A stretch of DNA of 64,000 nt from the NCBI GenBank assembly GCA_038321865.1, contig JBBQFH010000008.1, positions 1 through 64,000 on the forward strand, in the 5' to 3' direction. Below are positions 47,732 through 58,708 of this stretch, one piece after another (the stretch's first letter is position 1; each line of letters begins with the position of its first letter). The notes beneath the pieces were generated by a model. That model was not told the origin of the DNA. It saw only the letters and a list, made by a program, of their open reading frames with translations, and ran no database searches. The DNA is from Gemmatimonadales bacterium (GTDB lineage: Bacteria; Gemmatimonadota; Gemmatimonadetes; Gemmatimonadales; GWC2-71-9). The translations under genes were made by a program, and so were the position numbers.

Positions 47732-48538
47732 CTACTGGTGGCTGAAGGGGTGCTCGAAACTCAGGTACAGGAAGAGATAACCGGTTCCCCCACTCGGTCC
47801 GAGCCCTATGGGATAGGCGATGCCGGGCACGATCTGCAGGCCGCTCGGGAAATTGATCGCCCAGCGGATCCCGGGACTGATGAAATAGCTGTCGTCCGTC
47901 CGGGTCAGTCCGGAGGCATTGACCGACTGGGTGCGGGCCCACACGCTCTCGAGCATGAGGTTGACCCACGGCCGCGCGAGCCAGATCGCGCTGGCGCCCG
48001 CGCCGAATGATGTGGTGCGGGCGCGCACGGTTCCAGACCCGTGCGCCCGTGGCGTGACGGTCGCGCCGGCGTTGAGATGCGTGACGAGCGACGGCGCCAG
48101 GACGATGCTGATCGGCAGCACTGCCTGCACCCCGAGCCCGCCGGTGCCGCGGCCACCCGATACACTGCCGGTCGGCGCCAGCAGCGTAAGCCTGGGCGCG
48201 ACGGCGACGCGCGCCTCACCCGAGCCCGCAAGCTGAAACCGGTAGTTGAGCGCCACGTCGCCGATCCCCGTGCCGGAGCCCTGGTCGTGCAGGACCGGCA
48301 CGGTGTAGCTCAGCTGATGGCGGATGCCGCCGACCGGCCACTCCTGCGTGAAGCTGTATGCCCAGCTTCCCGACTGGCGCTGGAAGGAGCTGATGTGCTG
48401 CACCACCCCACGCTCCTGATTGTAGGCCTCCTCGACCAGAAAGCTGTTGTCCTGGATGGGCCGCGCCGGCGGTGTGGGCTCCTGCGCGCCAAGCGCCCGC
48501 ACCGACAGCAGTGCCGCCAGCACGAGGGTCCGGCTCAC
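47732..48538 (-). CDS. Outer-membrane beta-barrel (putative transporter)
   Basis: GTGA overlap with mntH stop; signal peptide; [36 protein letters not shown]. Confidence 0.75.
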   Translation of the reverse strand: MSRTLVLAALLSVRALGAQEPTPPARPIQDNSFLVEEAYNQERGVVQHISSFQRQSGSWAYSFTQEWPVGGIRHQLSYTVPVLHDQGSGTGIGDVALNYRFQLAGSGEARVAVAPRLTLLAPTGSVSGGRGTGGLGVQAVLPISIVLAPSLVTHLNAGATVTPRAHGSGTVRARTTSFGAGASAIWLARPWVNLMLESVWARTQSVNASGLTRTDDSYFISPGIRWAINFPSGLQIVPGIAYPIGLGPSGGTGYLFLYLSFEHPFSHQ

Positions 48539-49893
48539 GCGAGCCACTGGCGCGCGGTCCCCACGAGCAGCCACAGGTTGAGCACGATGATGACGGCCGC
48601 GACGGACCACGCCATCGCGGTGACCGCGGGCCGGTTCACGAAGATGCCCATCTTCGCCCGGTCGCAGGTGAAGCGCACCAGCGGCACCACGGCGAAGGAC
48701 AGCTGCAGACTCAGGATCACCTGGCTGAGGATGAGCAGCGCCCCGGTGCCGCGCTCGCCATAGATCGCGGTGACGATCACCGCCGGAATGATGGCGATCA
48801 TGCGGGTGACGAGGCGCCGGAGCCAGGGGGGCAGACGGATGTCGAGAAAGCCCTCCATGACGATCTGGCCGGCCAGGGTGCCGGTGATCGTCGAGTTCTG
48901 GCCCGAAGCGAGCAGTGCGACCGCGAACAGCACGCTCGCGGCGGTGGTACCGAGGAGCGGGGTCAGCAGGTGATACGCGTTGCCGATGTCGGCGACTTCC
49001 TGGTTGCCCGACGTGTGGAACGTGGCGGCGGCGAGGATCAGGATCGCGGCATTGATGAAGAAGGCGAACAGCAGCGCGATCGTGGAGTCGAAGGTGGCGA
49101 ACCGGATCGCCTCCCGCTTCGAGGCGTCGTCCCCGCCGATGCCGCGGGTCTGCACGATCGAGGAGTGCAGATAGAGGTTGTGCGGCATCACGGTCGCGCC
49201 GAGAATGCCGATGGCGATGTAGAGCATCGCGGGGTTGGTGACGATTTCGCGCCGGGGAATCAGTCCGCTCGCCACGCCTGCGAGATCGGGCCGCGCCAGC
49301 AGCAGCTCGACGGCGAAGCAGGCGCCGATGGTCGCCACCAGCACGACCACGAACGCCTCGAGATAGCGGAAGCCCTTGTGCTGCAGCAGCAGAATCGCGA
49401 GCACGTCGGCGGCCGTCATGCAGACACCCCAGAGGAGCGGAATGCCGAACAGCAGGTTGAGCGCGATGGCGGAGCCAATCACTTCGGCGAGGTCGCATGC
49501 GGCGATCGCGATCTCGCAGAGAATCCAGAGCACGAAGCTCACCGGGCGCGAGTAATGGTCCCGGCAGGCCTGGGCCAGGTCCCGTCCGGTCACGATGCCG
49601 AGCTTGAGCGCGAGCGACTGGAGGAGGATGGCCATCAGGTTGGAGAGGAGCACCACGCTGACCAGCGTGTAGCCGAAACGGGCGCCGCCGGCGAGATCGG
49701 TGGCCCAGTTGCCGGGATCCATGTACCCGACCGCGACCATGTAGCCCGGGCCCGAGAATGCCAGCGCCTTCCGCCAGAAGCTGGCGCCGGCCGGGATCCG
49801 GATGCTCCGGTGGGACTCCGGCAGGCTGGGTGAGCGGCGCGGGTGGCGCCATCCCGCGAGTTCCTCGATCGGCGGGGTCGACGCGGCGTTCAC
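48535..49893 (-). CDS. mntH: Nramp divalent metal (Mn2+) transporter
   Basis: [35 protein letters not shown]. Confidence 0.95.
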   Translation of the reverse strand: MNAASTPPIEELAGWRHPRRSPSLPESHRSIRIPAGASFWRKALAFSGPGYMVAVGYMDPGNWATDLAGGARFGYTLVSVVLLSNLMAILLQSLALKLGIVTGRDLAQACRDHYSRPVSFVLWILCEIAIAACDLAEVIGSAIALNLLFGIPLLWGVCMTAADVLAILLLQHKGFRYLEAFVVVLVATIGACFAVELLLARPDLAGVASGLIPRREIVTNPAMLYIAIGILGATVMPHNLYLHSSIVQTRGIGGDDASKREAIRFATFDSTIALLFAFFINAAILILAAATFHTSGNQEVADIGNAYHLLTPLLGTTAASVLFAVALLASGQNSTITGTLAGQIVMEGFLDIRLPPWLRRLVTRMIAIIPAVIVTAIYGERGTGALLILSQVILSLQLSFAVVPLVRFTCDRAKMGIFVNRPAVTAMAWSVAAVIIVLNLWLLVGTARQWLA

Positions 49894-50576
49894 CCGGCCA
49901 CCGTTCGCGAACAGAGAATGTCGCGCGCCATCTGCGACGCGACGACGCGGTCGCCGCCGCTGGTCCGGATCGTGATGGGCCCGTCGAACGGCTGGCGATC
50001 GGTCACCGTGACCACTGCGCCAGGGGTCAGGCCGAGCGCCGCGAGATAGCGCAGCCGGTCGGGCTCGTGCGCGTTCACCCGGCGGACCGCGACCTCGATG
50101 CCGGCCGGCGCGTCGCTCAACGATGTTCCGGCGTCCTCGGCGACATCGCCTTCCGCCGTCGGGATGGGGTCGCCGTGCGGATCGACGCCGGGATTGCCGA
50201 GCGCCGCCGCCATCCGTTCGGCGAGTGTGTCGGACACGGCGTGTTCCAGTCGCTCGGCCTCCTCGTGCACGGTGTCCCAGCTGTAGCCGAGGAAGGCGAC
50301 GAGGTACGACTCGATGAGCCGGTGGCGGCGCACCGTCCGGAGCGCGGCACGCCTCCCTTCGGAGGTGAGCACCACACCCTTGTAGGGTGCGTGCTCGAGC
50401 AGCCCCTGCTCCGACAGTCGCTTGACCATTCCGCTGACCGAGGGCGGCGAGAGCGCGAGCAGATGCGCGATGTCGCTCGTCGCCGCCGGCTGGCCGCCGG
50501 GGGAAAGCCGATAGATCGCCTTGAGATAGTCTTCCGCCGAGCGGGTGAGCGACTCGGCGAGCGCACCGGGGGTCAT
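49890..50576 (-). CDS. mntR: DtxR/MntR-family metal-dependent repressor with FeoA domain
   Basis: [32 protein letters not shown]. Confidence 0.93.
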   Translation of the reverse strand: MTPGALAESLTRSAEDYLKAIYRLSPGGQPAATSDIAHLLALSPPSVSGMVKRLSEQGLLEHAPYKGVVLTSEGRRAALRTVRRHRLIESYLVAFLGYSWDTVHEEAERLEHAVSDTLAERMAAALGNPGVDPHGDPIPTAEGDVAEDAGTSLSDAPAGIEVAVRRVNAHEPDRLRYLAALGLTPGAVVTVTDRQPFDGPITIRTSGGDRVVASQMARDILCSRTVAG

Positions 50577-50588
50577 GCAGAATCCCGT

Positions 50589-50632
50589 AGTTAGGTTAAG
50601 CTAACTCTAGGATGTTGCATGGCGTACGTCAA
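50589..50632 (-). promoter_or_regulatory. mntR promoter with overlapping DtxR-type operator
   Basis: Minus TTGACG(50627-32)-17bp-TAGAGT(50604-09); inverted repeat AGTTAG-N6-CTAACT at 50589-50606. Confidence 0.75.
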
Positions 50633-50652
50633 TAGGTGGCAGGAGATTCCCG

Positions 50653-51177
50653 TCAGGTCTGGAGCAGGAGGGAGAGGATCCGTTCGGTCATGCCCCAGAT
50701 GGGGCCCAGCGGAGTATCGTATTCCCTGGCGTCGTCGGGAGCGAGCGACGCGAGCTCGATCCACGCCGTCTCCGCCACCTCGGGACTGGCGATCGTGGGC
50801 GGGCGCCGCGCCAGCGTGAACACGAACGGGCGCACGGCGACCGGGGGCAACACCGGGATGCGGGGCACGACGTCGGGAAGGACACCGGCGAGATCGGTGT
50901 GGTCGAGCACGACACCGACCTCTTCGCGCGTCTCCCGAATCGCCGTGGCCAGGAGATCGGTGTCGTCCGACTGCCGCCGTCCGCCCGGGAGCGCCAGGTG
51001 TCCGGACCACGGATCGCCGACCCGGTCGGCGCGCCGGATCAGCAGGAAGGCGTCGGGCTCGGGCACGAGGATGAGCGCTACCGCGGCCCACCAGAGGCCG
51101 GGCTCTTCCGCCGTCGGATCGGAAGCGGGGCGGAGCCGCGCCCGAATGTCGGCGAGCCGGGAGGGTCCGGACGTCAT
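50653..51177 (-). CDS. Nudix CoA pyrophosphatase
   Basis: WSGHLALPGGR...TAIRETREEVG, IWGMT. Confidence 0.88.
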   Translation of the reverse strand: MTSGPSRLADIRARLRPASDPTAEEPGLWWAAVALILVPEPDAFLLIRRADRVGDPWSGHLALPGGRRQSDDTDLLATAIRETREEVGVVLDHTDLAGVLPDVVPRIPVLPPVAVRPFVFTLARRPPTIASPEVAETAWIELASLAPDDAREYDTPLGPIWGMTERILSLLLQT

Positions 51178-52016
51178 CCCAGCGAGGCTCCGAGCCAGTC
51201 CACGGTGCGCGACATGACGCGCTCGATCGCTGAATCGGCCGGGGGCGAACTCCAGGGATGCGCGGCGCCGAAGGTGTGGCCGGCTCCGTCGATCAGCGCC
51301 AGCTCGGTCGAGGCGCGGCCGCTGGCCGCGTGGAGGCGGCGCGCGTCATCCGGCGCTACGGCCTCGTCCGCCGTCCCGTGCACGATGAGCCAGGGAACCT
51401 CGACCCCTGCTGCGGCCCGCACGATGTCCACCGTATCGGCACGCTGCTCGATTTCATCCAGCACGTCGGTGAGCAGGGGAATGACCTGCCCGGTGCGGGC
51501 GTTGGCGATCTCGAGATGGCCGCTCGCACGCCAGGCGGCGCGCTCGCGAGCGTCCCAGCGCTGGACCGTGCCGATGGCGGCCCAGGTCACGAGGCTCCGT
51601 ACCCGGCCGTCGCGGGCGGTCTGGAGAACGGCGATGCCGCCGCCGCGGGAGTGGCCCACCAGCCCGGCGCTGGCTGGCGGCACGACGCCGAGCGCGCCGT
51701 CGAACAGGGCATCGGTGACGGCGCCGAGATCGGCCAGTTCGGCGCCGTAGGTGTTGCGGGCGAAGCGGTCGGGCAGGACGGCATCGCCGGAGGCGTCGAC
51801 TCCGCTGCCGCTCATGTTGAACGTGACGGCAGTGAACCCCGCCCGGGCCAGACGCTCCGCCAGCGGCGGGAACATCCCCCAATCCTTGAAGCCCTTGAAG
51901 CCGTGGACGACGATCACCGCCGGCCGCGGCGACGCGCGTCCGGCGGCGCGGACGTCCACGAAGATCTCACCCAGCGCGCCGTGCAGGACGTGGCGAGTGA
52001 GCGTGGGGGTCGCCAT
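51174..52016 (-). CDS. Alpha/beta hydrolase
   Basis: HGFKGFKDWG, GHSRGG, HGTAD, GHTF. Confidence 0.88.
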   Translation of the reverse strand: MATPTLTRHVLHGALGEIFVDVRAAGRASPRPAVIVVHGFKGFKDWGMFPPLAERLARAGFTAVTFNMSGSGVDASGDAVLPDRFARNTYGAELADLGAVTDALFDGALGVVPPASAGLVGHSRGGGIAVLQTARDGRVRSLVTWAAIGTVQRWDARERAAWRASGHLEIANARTGQVIPLLTDVLDEIEQRADTVDIVRAAAGVEVPWLIVHGTADEAVAPDDARRLHAASGRASTELALIDGAGHTFGAAHPWSSPPADSAIERVMSRTVDWLGASLG

Positions 52017-52021
52017 CGACG

Positions 52022-52990
52022 TCAGCTGGAGGAGACGGCGGGCTCGAGCAGCTCGAGCGTCCCGGCGCCGGCGTCGAGCCGGGCCCGCACCCCGAGGGGA
52101 ATCGTCCACTGGTCGTCGATATGCCCGATGGGGAATCCGTGGGCGACCGGTACCCCCAACGGCTCGAGATAGGTTGCCAGGACTTCATCGAGCCCCAGCG
52201 CCCCATCGGCGCCGCGACGGCCGAGCTCGCTGAACCGGCCGATGACGGCGCCCGCGAGCCGATCCAGTAATCCGGCCATCCGCAGGTGTGCCAGCATGCG
52301 GTCGATCCGGTAGACCTCCTCGCCGACGTCTTCGAGGAACAGGAGCGCGCCGTCGAGCCGAGGCGCGAACCTGGTCCCGATCAGGCACTGCAGCAGCGTG
52401 AGATTGCCGCCGACGAGTATTCCTTCCGCGATGCCGCCGCGCAACGTGACCACCCGGTCGCGCTGCGGCACCAGGGTGTCGGGGGGAGTCGGCAGCGCCT
52501 CGAGGGTTCCGCCCGGCGCGGCGACGCCGACCGCGCGTTCGAAATGGCGGCGAGCGAAGGCGGGCATGCTCGCGCGGGCCGTCGGCCCGTGAAAGGTGAC
52601 GACGCCGGTTTCCTGGAACAGCGCGACCAGCAGCGCCGTGATGTCGGAATAGCCGATGACCGGCTTCGGATGGCGTGCGAAGCCGTCGAAGTCCACCCGG
52701 TCGAGCAGCCGGGTGATGCCGTAGCCGCCGCGGATGCACCACACCGCATCGACGTCGGGCGCCGCGAGCGCCGAGTTGAGGTCGGCCAGCCTGGCGTCGT
52801 CGCCGCCGGCCAGGTAGCCGTATTTCTCTGCCGCGTGAGGCGCCAGCGTCGGCTCGTAGCCGAGCGCACGGCAGAGCTCGGCCGCCCGGGCGAGATCGTC
52901 GCGCTCGAGCAGCGGGCCGGCCGGTGCGACCAGCGTCACGCGGCTGCCCGGCACGAGCCGCGGCGGACGTACGATTGGTTTTGGCCCCAT
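52022..52990 (-). CDS. ldcA: LD-carboxypeptidase (S66)
   Basis: YLAG.D..R, RGGYG, GYSDIT, GGNL, FLEDV.E, IGH. Confidence 0.9.
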   Translation of the reverse strand: MGPKPIVRPPRLVPGSRVTLVAPAGPLLERDDLARAAELCRALGYEPTLAPHAAEKYGYLAGGDDARLADLNSALAAPDVDAVWCIRGGYGITRLLDRVDFDGFARHPKPVIGYSDITALLVALFQETGVVTFHGPTARASMPAFARRHFERAVGVAAPGGTLEALPTPPDTLVPQRDRVVTLRGGIAEGILVGGNLTLLQCLIGTRFAPRLDGALLFLEDVGEEVYRIDRMLAHLRMAGLLDRLAGAVIGRFSELGRRGADGALGLDEVLATYLEPLGVPVAHGFPIGHIDDQWTIPLGVRARLDAGAGTLELLEPAVSSS

Positions 52991-53035
52991 CGTCTCTCCG
53001 TTATACTTCTCTCGACCTTTACCTGGAGCACGGCT

Positions 53036-53593
53036 TTGCGCGCTTCGCAGCCTGCGTTGCTCGCCGCTGGTCGTGTGATCGTTGATATGCGGGACTCCAT
53101 GGTCGCCCAGTGGGCCGATTGGCTCGGCGACCGCATGACGTCCGCACCCACGATACCGCGTCAGACGGTCGAGCGGGAGTTCCGGCTCCTCATCGATGTT
53201 CTCACCGAGATGGTTGGCCCGCTCCGGCGCGAGGTCCGCGCCGTGTGGTTCCACACCTGCGAGCACTACGGCCGCACGGCCTCGGCGCGCGGGCTCGCCG
53301 CGGGCGAAGTGGTCGAGGAACTGCAATACCTGCGGGAGCTGCTGATCCGGAACCTCGCGCCGGTGCTGGCCGCGATGCGTGCCCGGCAAGGCATGGCGAT
53401 CATGCTGCGGCTCAACCGGGTAATCGACCAGGGTGTCGCCGCGGCGGTGGTGGGCTACACCGACGCGCTGGTCGCGACGCTGTTCGCCCAGAACGGCGTG
53501 CCGGTCTCCGACGCCGACCGCCACCCCGATGAGGTCGGCCGGCAGCTCACGGCACTCGAAGCCGAGCTCGCCGCGATCGCCCCGCTGCAGTAG
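53036..53593 (+). CDS. Helical hypothetical protein (RsbRD N-terminal-like)
   Basis: TTG start with GGAG; HYGR....RGL...EVVEELQYLRE. Confidence 0.55.
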   Translation: MRASQPALLAAGRVIVDMRDSMVAQWADWLGDRMTSAPTIPRQTVEREFRLLIDVLTEMVGPLRREVRAVWFHTCEHYGRTASARGLAAGEVVEELQYLRELLIRNLAPVLAAMRARQGMAIMLRLNRVIDQGVAAAVVGYTDALVATLFAQNGVPVSDADRHPDEVGRQLTALEAELAAIAPLQ

Positions 53594-53600
53594 GACCACG

Positions 53601-54743
53601 GTGGCCGCGCCGCTGTTCGGGGCGGTGCCCTGGCTGCTGCCGTTCGCGAGCCTGGTCCGGCTGGCCCGGCGCACGCCCAACCTCGAGCTGGCCCCGGACA
53701 TTCCCGGCGGCCCTCCCGTCACCCTCATCATTCCGGCCCGAAACGAAAGCCGCACGATCGGTACGGTGCTCGCGTCCGTCCTGTCGAGCAGCTACGGGCC
53801 ACTCGAGATCATCGTGGTCGACGACGGTTCGACCGACGACACTGCGGCGCAGGTGGCCGCCGTCGCCGCGCGTGATGGCCGGGTGCGGCTCCTGTCCGGC
53901 GCGCCGCTTCCCGCGGGCTGGTACGGGAAGCCGTGGGCCTGTGTCCAGGGCGCGCGCGCTGCCCGTGGCGACGTCCTCGTCTTCACCGATGCGGACACCC
54001 GGCACCAGCCGGCGCTCCTCGCCCATGCCGTCGGCGCCCTGCTCGCGGAGCGCGCCGATCTCCTGACGATCGCGCCGCGACAGCGCTGCGAGTCGTTCTG
54101 GGAGCGAGTCGTCATGCCGCAGATGTGGCTGCTCCTCGGCCTGCGGTATCATCCCCGGGCGGTCAATCGGGCGCGCCGTGCCCGCGACGTGATCGCCAAC
54201 GGCCAGTTCATCATGGTGCGGCGCGCCGCCTACCTGCTGGCGGGCACGCACGAGGCCGTCAAGGCTGAGATCGCCGAAGACCTCGCGCTGGCACAGACTT
54301 TCTTCGGCCACGGGCTGCGGATTCACTTCGCCTTCGCCGAGGCGCTGATGGAAACGCGGATGTACGAGAGCCTCCCGCATCTGATCGAGGGCTGGTCGAA
54401 AAACGTCTACCTCGGCGGCCGGCGCTCCTTTCCGGATGAGCCGGTGCGGCGGGCGCTGGTGCCGGTGGCACTGGCATCCGTCATGGTCTTCTGGCTGGCG
54501 CCGCCGCTGGCGCTCGCGGCCGCGTTGCTTGGCGTGACGCACGGCATCGCGACGGCGGCCGCCCTCGCAACCTCGCTGAGCGTCCTGTTCTGGATGCTGA
54601 TGTCGTATGGAATGAGCATTCCGGTCTGGTACGGGCTGCTCTACCCGCTGGGCGCGGCGGTCGTGCTGCACATCGTGGCCCGATCGACGTGGCGCGGCCG
54701 GCGCCGGGTCGAGTGGCGGGGCCGGACCTACTCAGGCGTCTAG
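53601..54743 (+). CDS. GT2 glycosyltransferase (carotenoid/hopanoid glycosyltransferase-like); start uncertain
   Basis: IIPARNE, DDGSTD, GWYGKPWAC, FTDAD, ANGQF, AEDL, VEWRGR. Confidence 0.85.
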   Translation: MAAPLFGAVPWLLPFASLVRLARRTPNLELAPDIPGGPPVTLIIPARNESRTIGTVLASVLSSSYGPLEIIVVDDGSTDDTAAQVAAVAARDGRVRLLSGAPLPAGWYGKPWACVQGARAARGDVLVFTDADTRHQPALLAHAVGALLAERADLLTIAPRQRCESFWERVVMPQMWLLLGLRYHPRAVNRARRARDVIANGQFIMVRRAAYLLAGTHEAVKAEIAEDLALAQTFFGHGLRIHFAFAEALMETRMYESLPHLIEGWSKNVYLGGRRSFPDEPVRRALVPVALASVMVFWLAPPLALAAALLGVTHGIATAAALATSLSVLFWMLMSYGMSIPVWYGLLYPLGAAVVLHIVARSTWRGRRRVEWRGRTYSGV

Positions 54744-55590
54744 CACGCTGCGCACCCGCTCCGCCAGGTCGACGACCGTCCAGGGTTTCCGGATCAGCGC
54801 AGGCGGCACCCGGTCGACGCCGAGCTGACGGATCTCCTCCGTTCCATAGCCGCTCGAGAACAGAAAGCGCACCGTGTGCCCCTCCCGGCGGAGCGCCTCG
54901 TACAGGCCGCGTCCGCCGAGCCGTGGCATGATGATATCCGAAAGCACCAGGTGCACTTCCGATCGGCGCGCCCGAAACAGCTCCACTGCCTCCTCGCCAT
55001 CCGCCGCAGTGAGCACGGTATAGCCCAGCCGCTCGAGCTCGCGTGTCATAGCCCGGCGAAGCGAGCGCTCATCTTCTACCACGAGGATGGTCTCGGTGCC
55101 GGAGGGGAGGCCCTGCAGGGGCTCCTCAGGGTGGGAGGCGCCGTCGTCCGAGGCGCCCGGGGCGATGCCCCGCCGGAACCCGATTCGGACGGCGGTTCCC
55201 TGCCGCGGAGCGCTCTCCACAGTGATCCACCCCTCCTGCTGGCAGACCAGGCCATACACCATCGACATGCCCAGGCCCGTGCCGAGCGGGGCGGGCTTGG
55301 TCGTGAAAAACGGCTCGAAGATGCGGGCGCGGGTCTCCGCGTCCATGCCGGCTCCGTCGTCGCTGACGACGTTCGCGTCGACGATGCGCCCCGTTTCGGA
55401 ATCGATCAGCATGCCGACGTTAGCTCAGGCCCTTGAGGGTCTCCCACCGAACCAGCTGGTCGATCGGCAGCAGCGCCAGCGCGCGGTCGGACAGAAGGAT
55501 CCAGGCCACCCCGCACACCGCGTAGATCCCCGCGATGACGAGGGGAGTGAGGAAACGTGCCGACGCGCCGCCGCGGTCCACGGAGCCCAT
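54732..55590 (-). pseudogene. Collapsed hybrid sensor kinase: TM N-terminus, frameshift, PAS stub, HATPase C-half, receiver
   Basis: 55420-55590 encodes ..IYAVCGVAWILLSD..ETLKGLS*; 54732-55412 joins LIDSETGRIVDAN directly to VSDDGAGM..FEPFFTTK..GTGLG and a REC domain; no H-box. Confidence 0.75.
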
Positions 55591-55708
55591 CAGTCCCTGC
55601 TCCGGCTTTCACCGGCTTGAGGAAAATCGGTCGGGCGGGCGGCATGGCGGTCCCCGCCGCCGACCCGTCCGGCCGCACCGTACGGCTCTCCCGAAGGAGC
55701 CGTTGCGG

Positions 55709-58708
55709 ATGCGCCTCGACCACCTGCTCCAGCGCATACAAGGCCTGGAGGACCTGCCGCGCCTGTTCGCGGCGCTCGGACACGAGCCGCTCTGGGAAGA
55801 GTGGCACGAGCCGGCGCTCCCGCTCGGAGGCGCGCCGGGCTCCCGCGTTGCGACTGTGGGCCGCTACGGCGGATTCTCATGGCTGGCATTCGAGACCGGC
55901 ACACCGGCACGCTGCGCGCGTGCCAATGCGCAACGTCTCAATCGGCAGGGGCGCTGTTCAGGGGTAGTAGCATTGTACCCTGGCGGACGCGAGTTGGCGA
56001 TTGCCTCCGCGTTCGATCCTGACGCGGTGCTGGTGATCAACCTGGCGCAGCCTGCGGCAGCGGGGACGGCCAGCCTGGCACGGCTGGGCACCCCGGCCGG
56101 AACGACGCTGGCCTTTGCCGCGCTCGCGGCGGAAGCACTCGCCGGCGAGCCGATCGGCCGACGCTTCTTCCGGCGCTTCGGCGACACCCTGGGCCGGATG
56201 GCCGAGACACTCCCCGAGCCGATTCCCACCGAGCAACGTCATGCGCTCACGCTGATCCAGCTCACCCGGGTGCTCTTCCTTTACTTCCTGCAATCGAAGG
56301 GCTGGCTCGACGGGCGCAGCGATTTCATCGCCAGGGCGGTGGACGACGTCTTGGCCCGGCGGCGCCTCATCCAGCGGGACCTGCTGCGCCCCCTCTTCTT
56401 CGGGACCCTGAACCGTCCGGCCGAAGAGCGCGGGCGTGCGGCCAGCCGGCTCGGTTCGATTCCGTTTCTGAATGGCGGGTTGTTCGAACCTCACCCCCTT
56501 GAGCGGCGCTGGAAGACCGACTTCCCCAATCCGGTGTGGCGCGATGCCTTCGATTCCCTCTTCGAGCGATTTCATTTCACCGTCGCCGAGGAGACTGCGA
56601 TGGGCGGCGTTGCGCCCGACATGCTGGGGCGTGTCTTCGAGGGCGTCATGGAACCGGGCGAGCGGCGGAGCAGCGGCACGTTCTACACCCCGGCCTCGCT
56701 GGTACGGCGGCTGGTTGACGCGGCACTCGCGGCGGCGCTCGCGTCACGCCTGCGGTGTACCGACGCGGAAGCGTTCGAGCGGCTGATCACCGGTGAGGCG
56801 CAGGCGATCGCGGCGGTGAAACTGTTCCGCGTGCTCGATCCCGCCGTCGGATCGGGTGCATTCCTGCTGGGAGCGCTCGAGCGTCTGGCCCAGCTGCGGC
56901 CACAGGACCGGCCGGCCGCGGTCAAGCGCGACATCCTGCGTCGTTCGCTGTTCGGCGTCGACCGTAACGCGATGGCAGTCCGCCTGACCGAGCTCCGCCT
57001 CTGGCTGGCGGTGATTGCGGCCGAGCCGGACGGCCGCGCTCGCGATGTCGCGCCCCTGCCCAACCTCGATTGTCTGGTGCGCCAGGGTGACAGCCTGGCG
57101 GATCCGCTGAGCGGTGGCGGGGTGACCCGTAGCGAGGCACGAGTGATCGGACAGTTGCGTCAGGAAGCGGTGGCCGCGAGCGGCGGAGACAAGACGCGGC
57201 TCCTGCGGGCGCTTCGCGCGGCCGAGCGGAACGCCGCGGATCGATCGCTGACACGCGCCGATGGTCGGATCAGCCGCGAAATCGCCGAGCTGATCGGTAC
57301 TGCACGTGCGCCGACCCTGTTCGGCGGGAAGCCGGCCGTTGGGCCGGATGTCTTCGAGCGCCTGCGCCACCTCCGGCGCGCGAGGTGCGCCATCCGGACG
57401 GGTCGGCGCCGGCTGGCGACCGAGGGAGAGCTCCCCTGGTTCGACTACGAGTCCCAGTTCCCCGATGTCCTGGCGCGGGGCGGCTTCGACATCGTGATCG
57501 GGAACCCGCCCTGGGTGCGCGCGGAGTCGCTGCCGGCGGCGGTGCGTGAGCGCCTGGCGGCGCGCTATCGCTGGTGGCGCGGATCCCGGGGCCGGGGGTT
57601 CGCGCACCGGCCCGACCTCGCGATCGCGTTCATCGAACGGGCGCACGAGCTGGTCGCTCCCGGCGGGGCAGTCGCATTGCTCGTTCCGTCGAAAGTGGCG
57701 GCAGCGGGCTACGGTGCCGCGGTGCGCTCCGCGCTGGCCGCGGGCACCCAGTTGCACGCGGTCGTGGACCTGTCCGCCGACCCGGATGCGGCATTTGAGG
57801 CGACAGCGTATCCCATGGCAGTGGTCCTGAGCAAGCGCGCCTCTCCCACCGGGCACCGGATCCGGACCGTGCTCGATCCGCGCGCCCCCGGCGACATCGC
57901 GCAGCGCGAGCTTGGGGAAGGGCCGTGGATCATTCGCGGCCGCCAGGCGGCGCACGTCGCGCGTGACATTCGCGCGGCCCATCCGCTCCTCTCCGACCGG
58001 TTCGTCTGTCACCTGGGTGTCAAGACCGGAGCTGATGATCTGTTCCTCGACCCACCGGCCGAGATCGAGCGGGGCCTTCTCCGGTGGGCGATTCGCGGCC
58101 GCGACATCGCGGCGTTCCGGGTCATGGCCCGCCGCCGTCTGCTCTGGACGCACGACGCACGCGGCGAGCCGCTTGCACGGCTGCCGCACGCCGCCGCCCG
58201 ATACCTGTCGCGGCACGAGGGACGGCTTCGCGCGAGGGCGGACTTCGTTCGCGGACCGTCGTGGACCGTCTTCCGGGTGGCGGCCGGTGTGGAGCGGCAC
58301 CGCGTCGCCTGGCCGGATCTGTCACGCGGACTGGTGGCGGTGGCGCTCGCGGGGCCGTCGGGAGCCGTCGTTCCGCTCAACACCTGCTACGTCGCCATCA
58401 CGGCGAACGATTCCGAGTCGCACGCGCTGGCGGCGTGGCTCAACTGCACCTGGGTGCGAGCGCTCGCCGGCCTGATCGCCATGCCCGCCGCCGGGGGGTT
58501 CGCACGCCACGGGACCGGAACGGTCGGCGCGCTCCCGCTGCCGCTGGCCGCGATCGCCGACCCGCGGCTCGCCGCGCTCGGTGCGCGCGCGGGCACAGGA
58601 GAGGCGCTTCAGGACGAGATCGACGAGCTGACCGCGGGCGCCCTGGGCCTCACGCCGCAGGAGCGAAGTGTCCTGGCATCCGTCGTCGGTCCCGACGATC
58701 GTCGCTGA
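55709..58708 (+). CDS. Eco57I/Type IIG-like N6-adenine DNA methyltransferase
   Basis: AAGGAG RBS; IPFLNGGLF, GTFYTP, VLDPAVGSGAF, LFGVD, GFDIVIGNPPW; C-terminal TRD-like region. Confidence 0.88.
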   Translation: MRLDHLLQRIQGLEDLPRLFAALGHEPLWEEWHEPALPLGGAPGSRVATVGRYGGFSWLAFETGTPARCARANAQRLNRQGRCSGVVALYPGGRELAIASAFDPDAVLVINLAQPAAAGTASLARLGTPAGTTLAFAALAAEALAGEPIGRRFFRRFGDTLGRMAETLPEPIPTEQRHALTLIQLTRVLFLYFLQSKGWLDGRSDFIARAVDDVLARRRLIQRDLLRPLFFGTLNRPAEERGRAASRLGSIPFLNGGLFEPHPLERRWKTDFPNPVWRDAFDSLFERFHFTVAEETAMGGVAPDMLGRVFEGVMEPGERRSSGTFYTPASLVRRLVDAALAAALASRLRCTDAEAFERLITGEAQAIAAVKLFRVLDPAVGSGAFLLGALERLAQLRPQDRPAAVKRDILRRSLFGVDRNAMAVRLTELRLWLAVIAAEPDGRARDVAPLPNLDCLVRQGDSLADPLSGGGVTRSEARVIGQLRQEAVAASGGDKTRLLRALRAAERNAADRSLTRADGRISREIAELIGTARAPTLFGGKPAVGPDVFERLRHLRRARCAIRTGRRRLATEGELPWFDYESQFPDVLARGGFDIVIGNPPWVRAESLPAAVRERLAARYRWWRGSRGRGFAHRPDLAIAFIERAHELVAPGGAVALLVPSKVAAAGYGAAVRSALAAGTQLHAVVDLSADPDAAFEATAYPMAVVLSKRASPTGHRIRTVLDPRAPGDIAQRELGEGPWIIRGRQAAHVARDIRAAHPLLSDRFVCHLGVKTGADDLFLDPPAEIERGLLRWAIRGRDIAAFRVMARRRLLWTHDARGEPLARLPHAAARYLSRHEGRLRARADFVRGPSWTVFRVAAGVERHRVAWPDLSRGLVAVALAGPSGAVVPLNTCYVAITANDSESHALAAWLNCTWVRALAGLIAMPAAGGFARHGTGTVGALPLPLAAIADPRLAALGARAGTGEALQDEIDELTAGALGLTPQERSVLASVVGPDDRR

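Noticed and set aside
47732..49852. 706-aa ORF as a single protein
   Set aside because: Upstream part is an alternate frame of mntH; the real barrel gene starts at GTG 48538
55406..55807. 133-aa minus-strand ORF
   Set aside because: Overlaps the MTase start; the protein-like frame here is the 56-aa TM fragment 55420-55590
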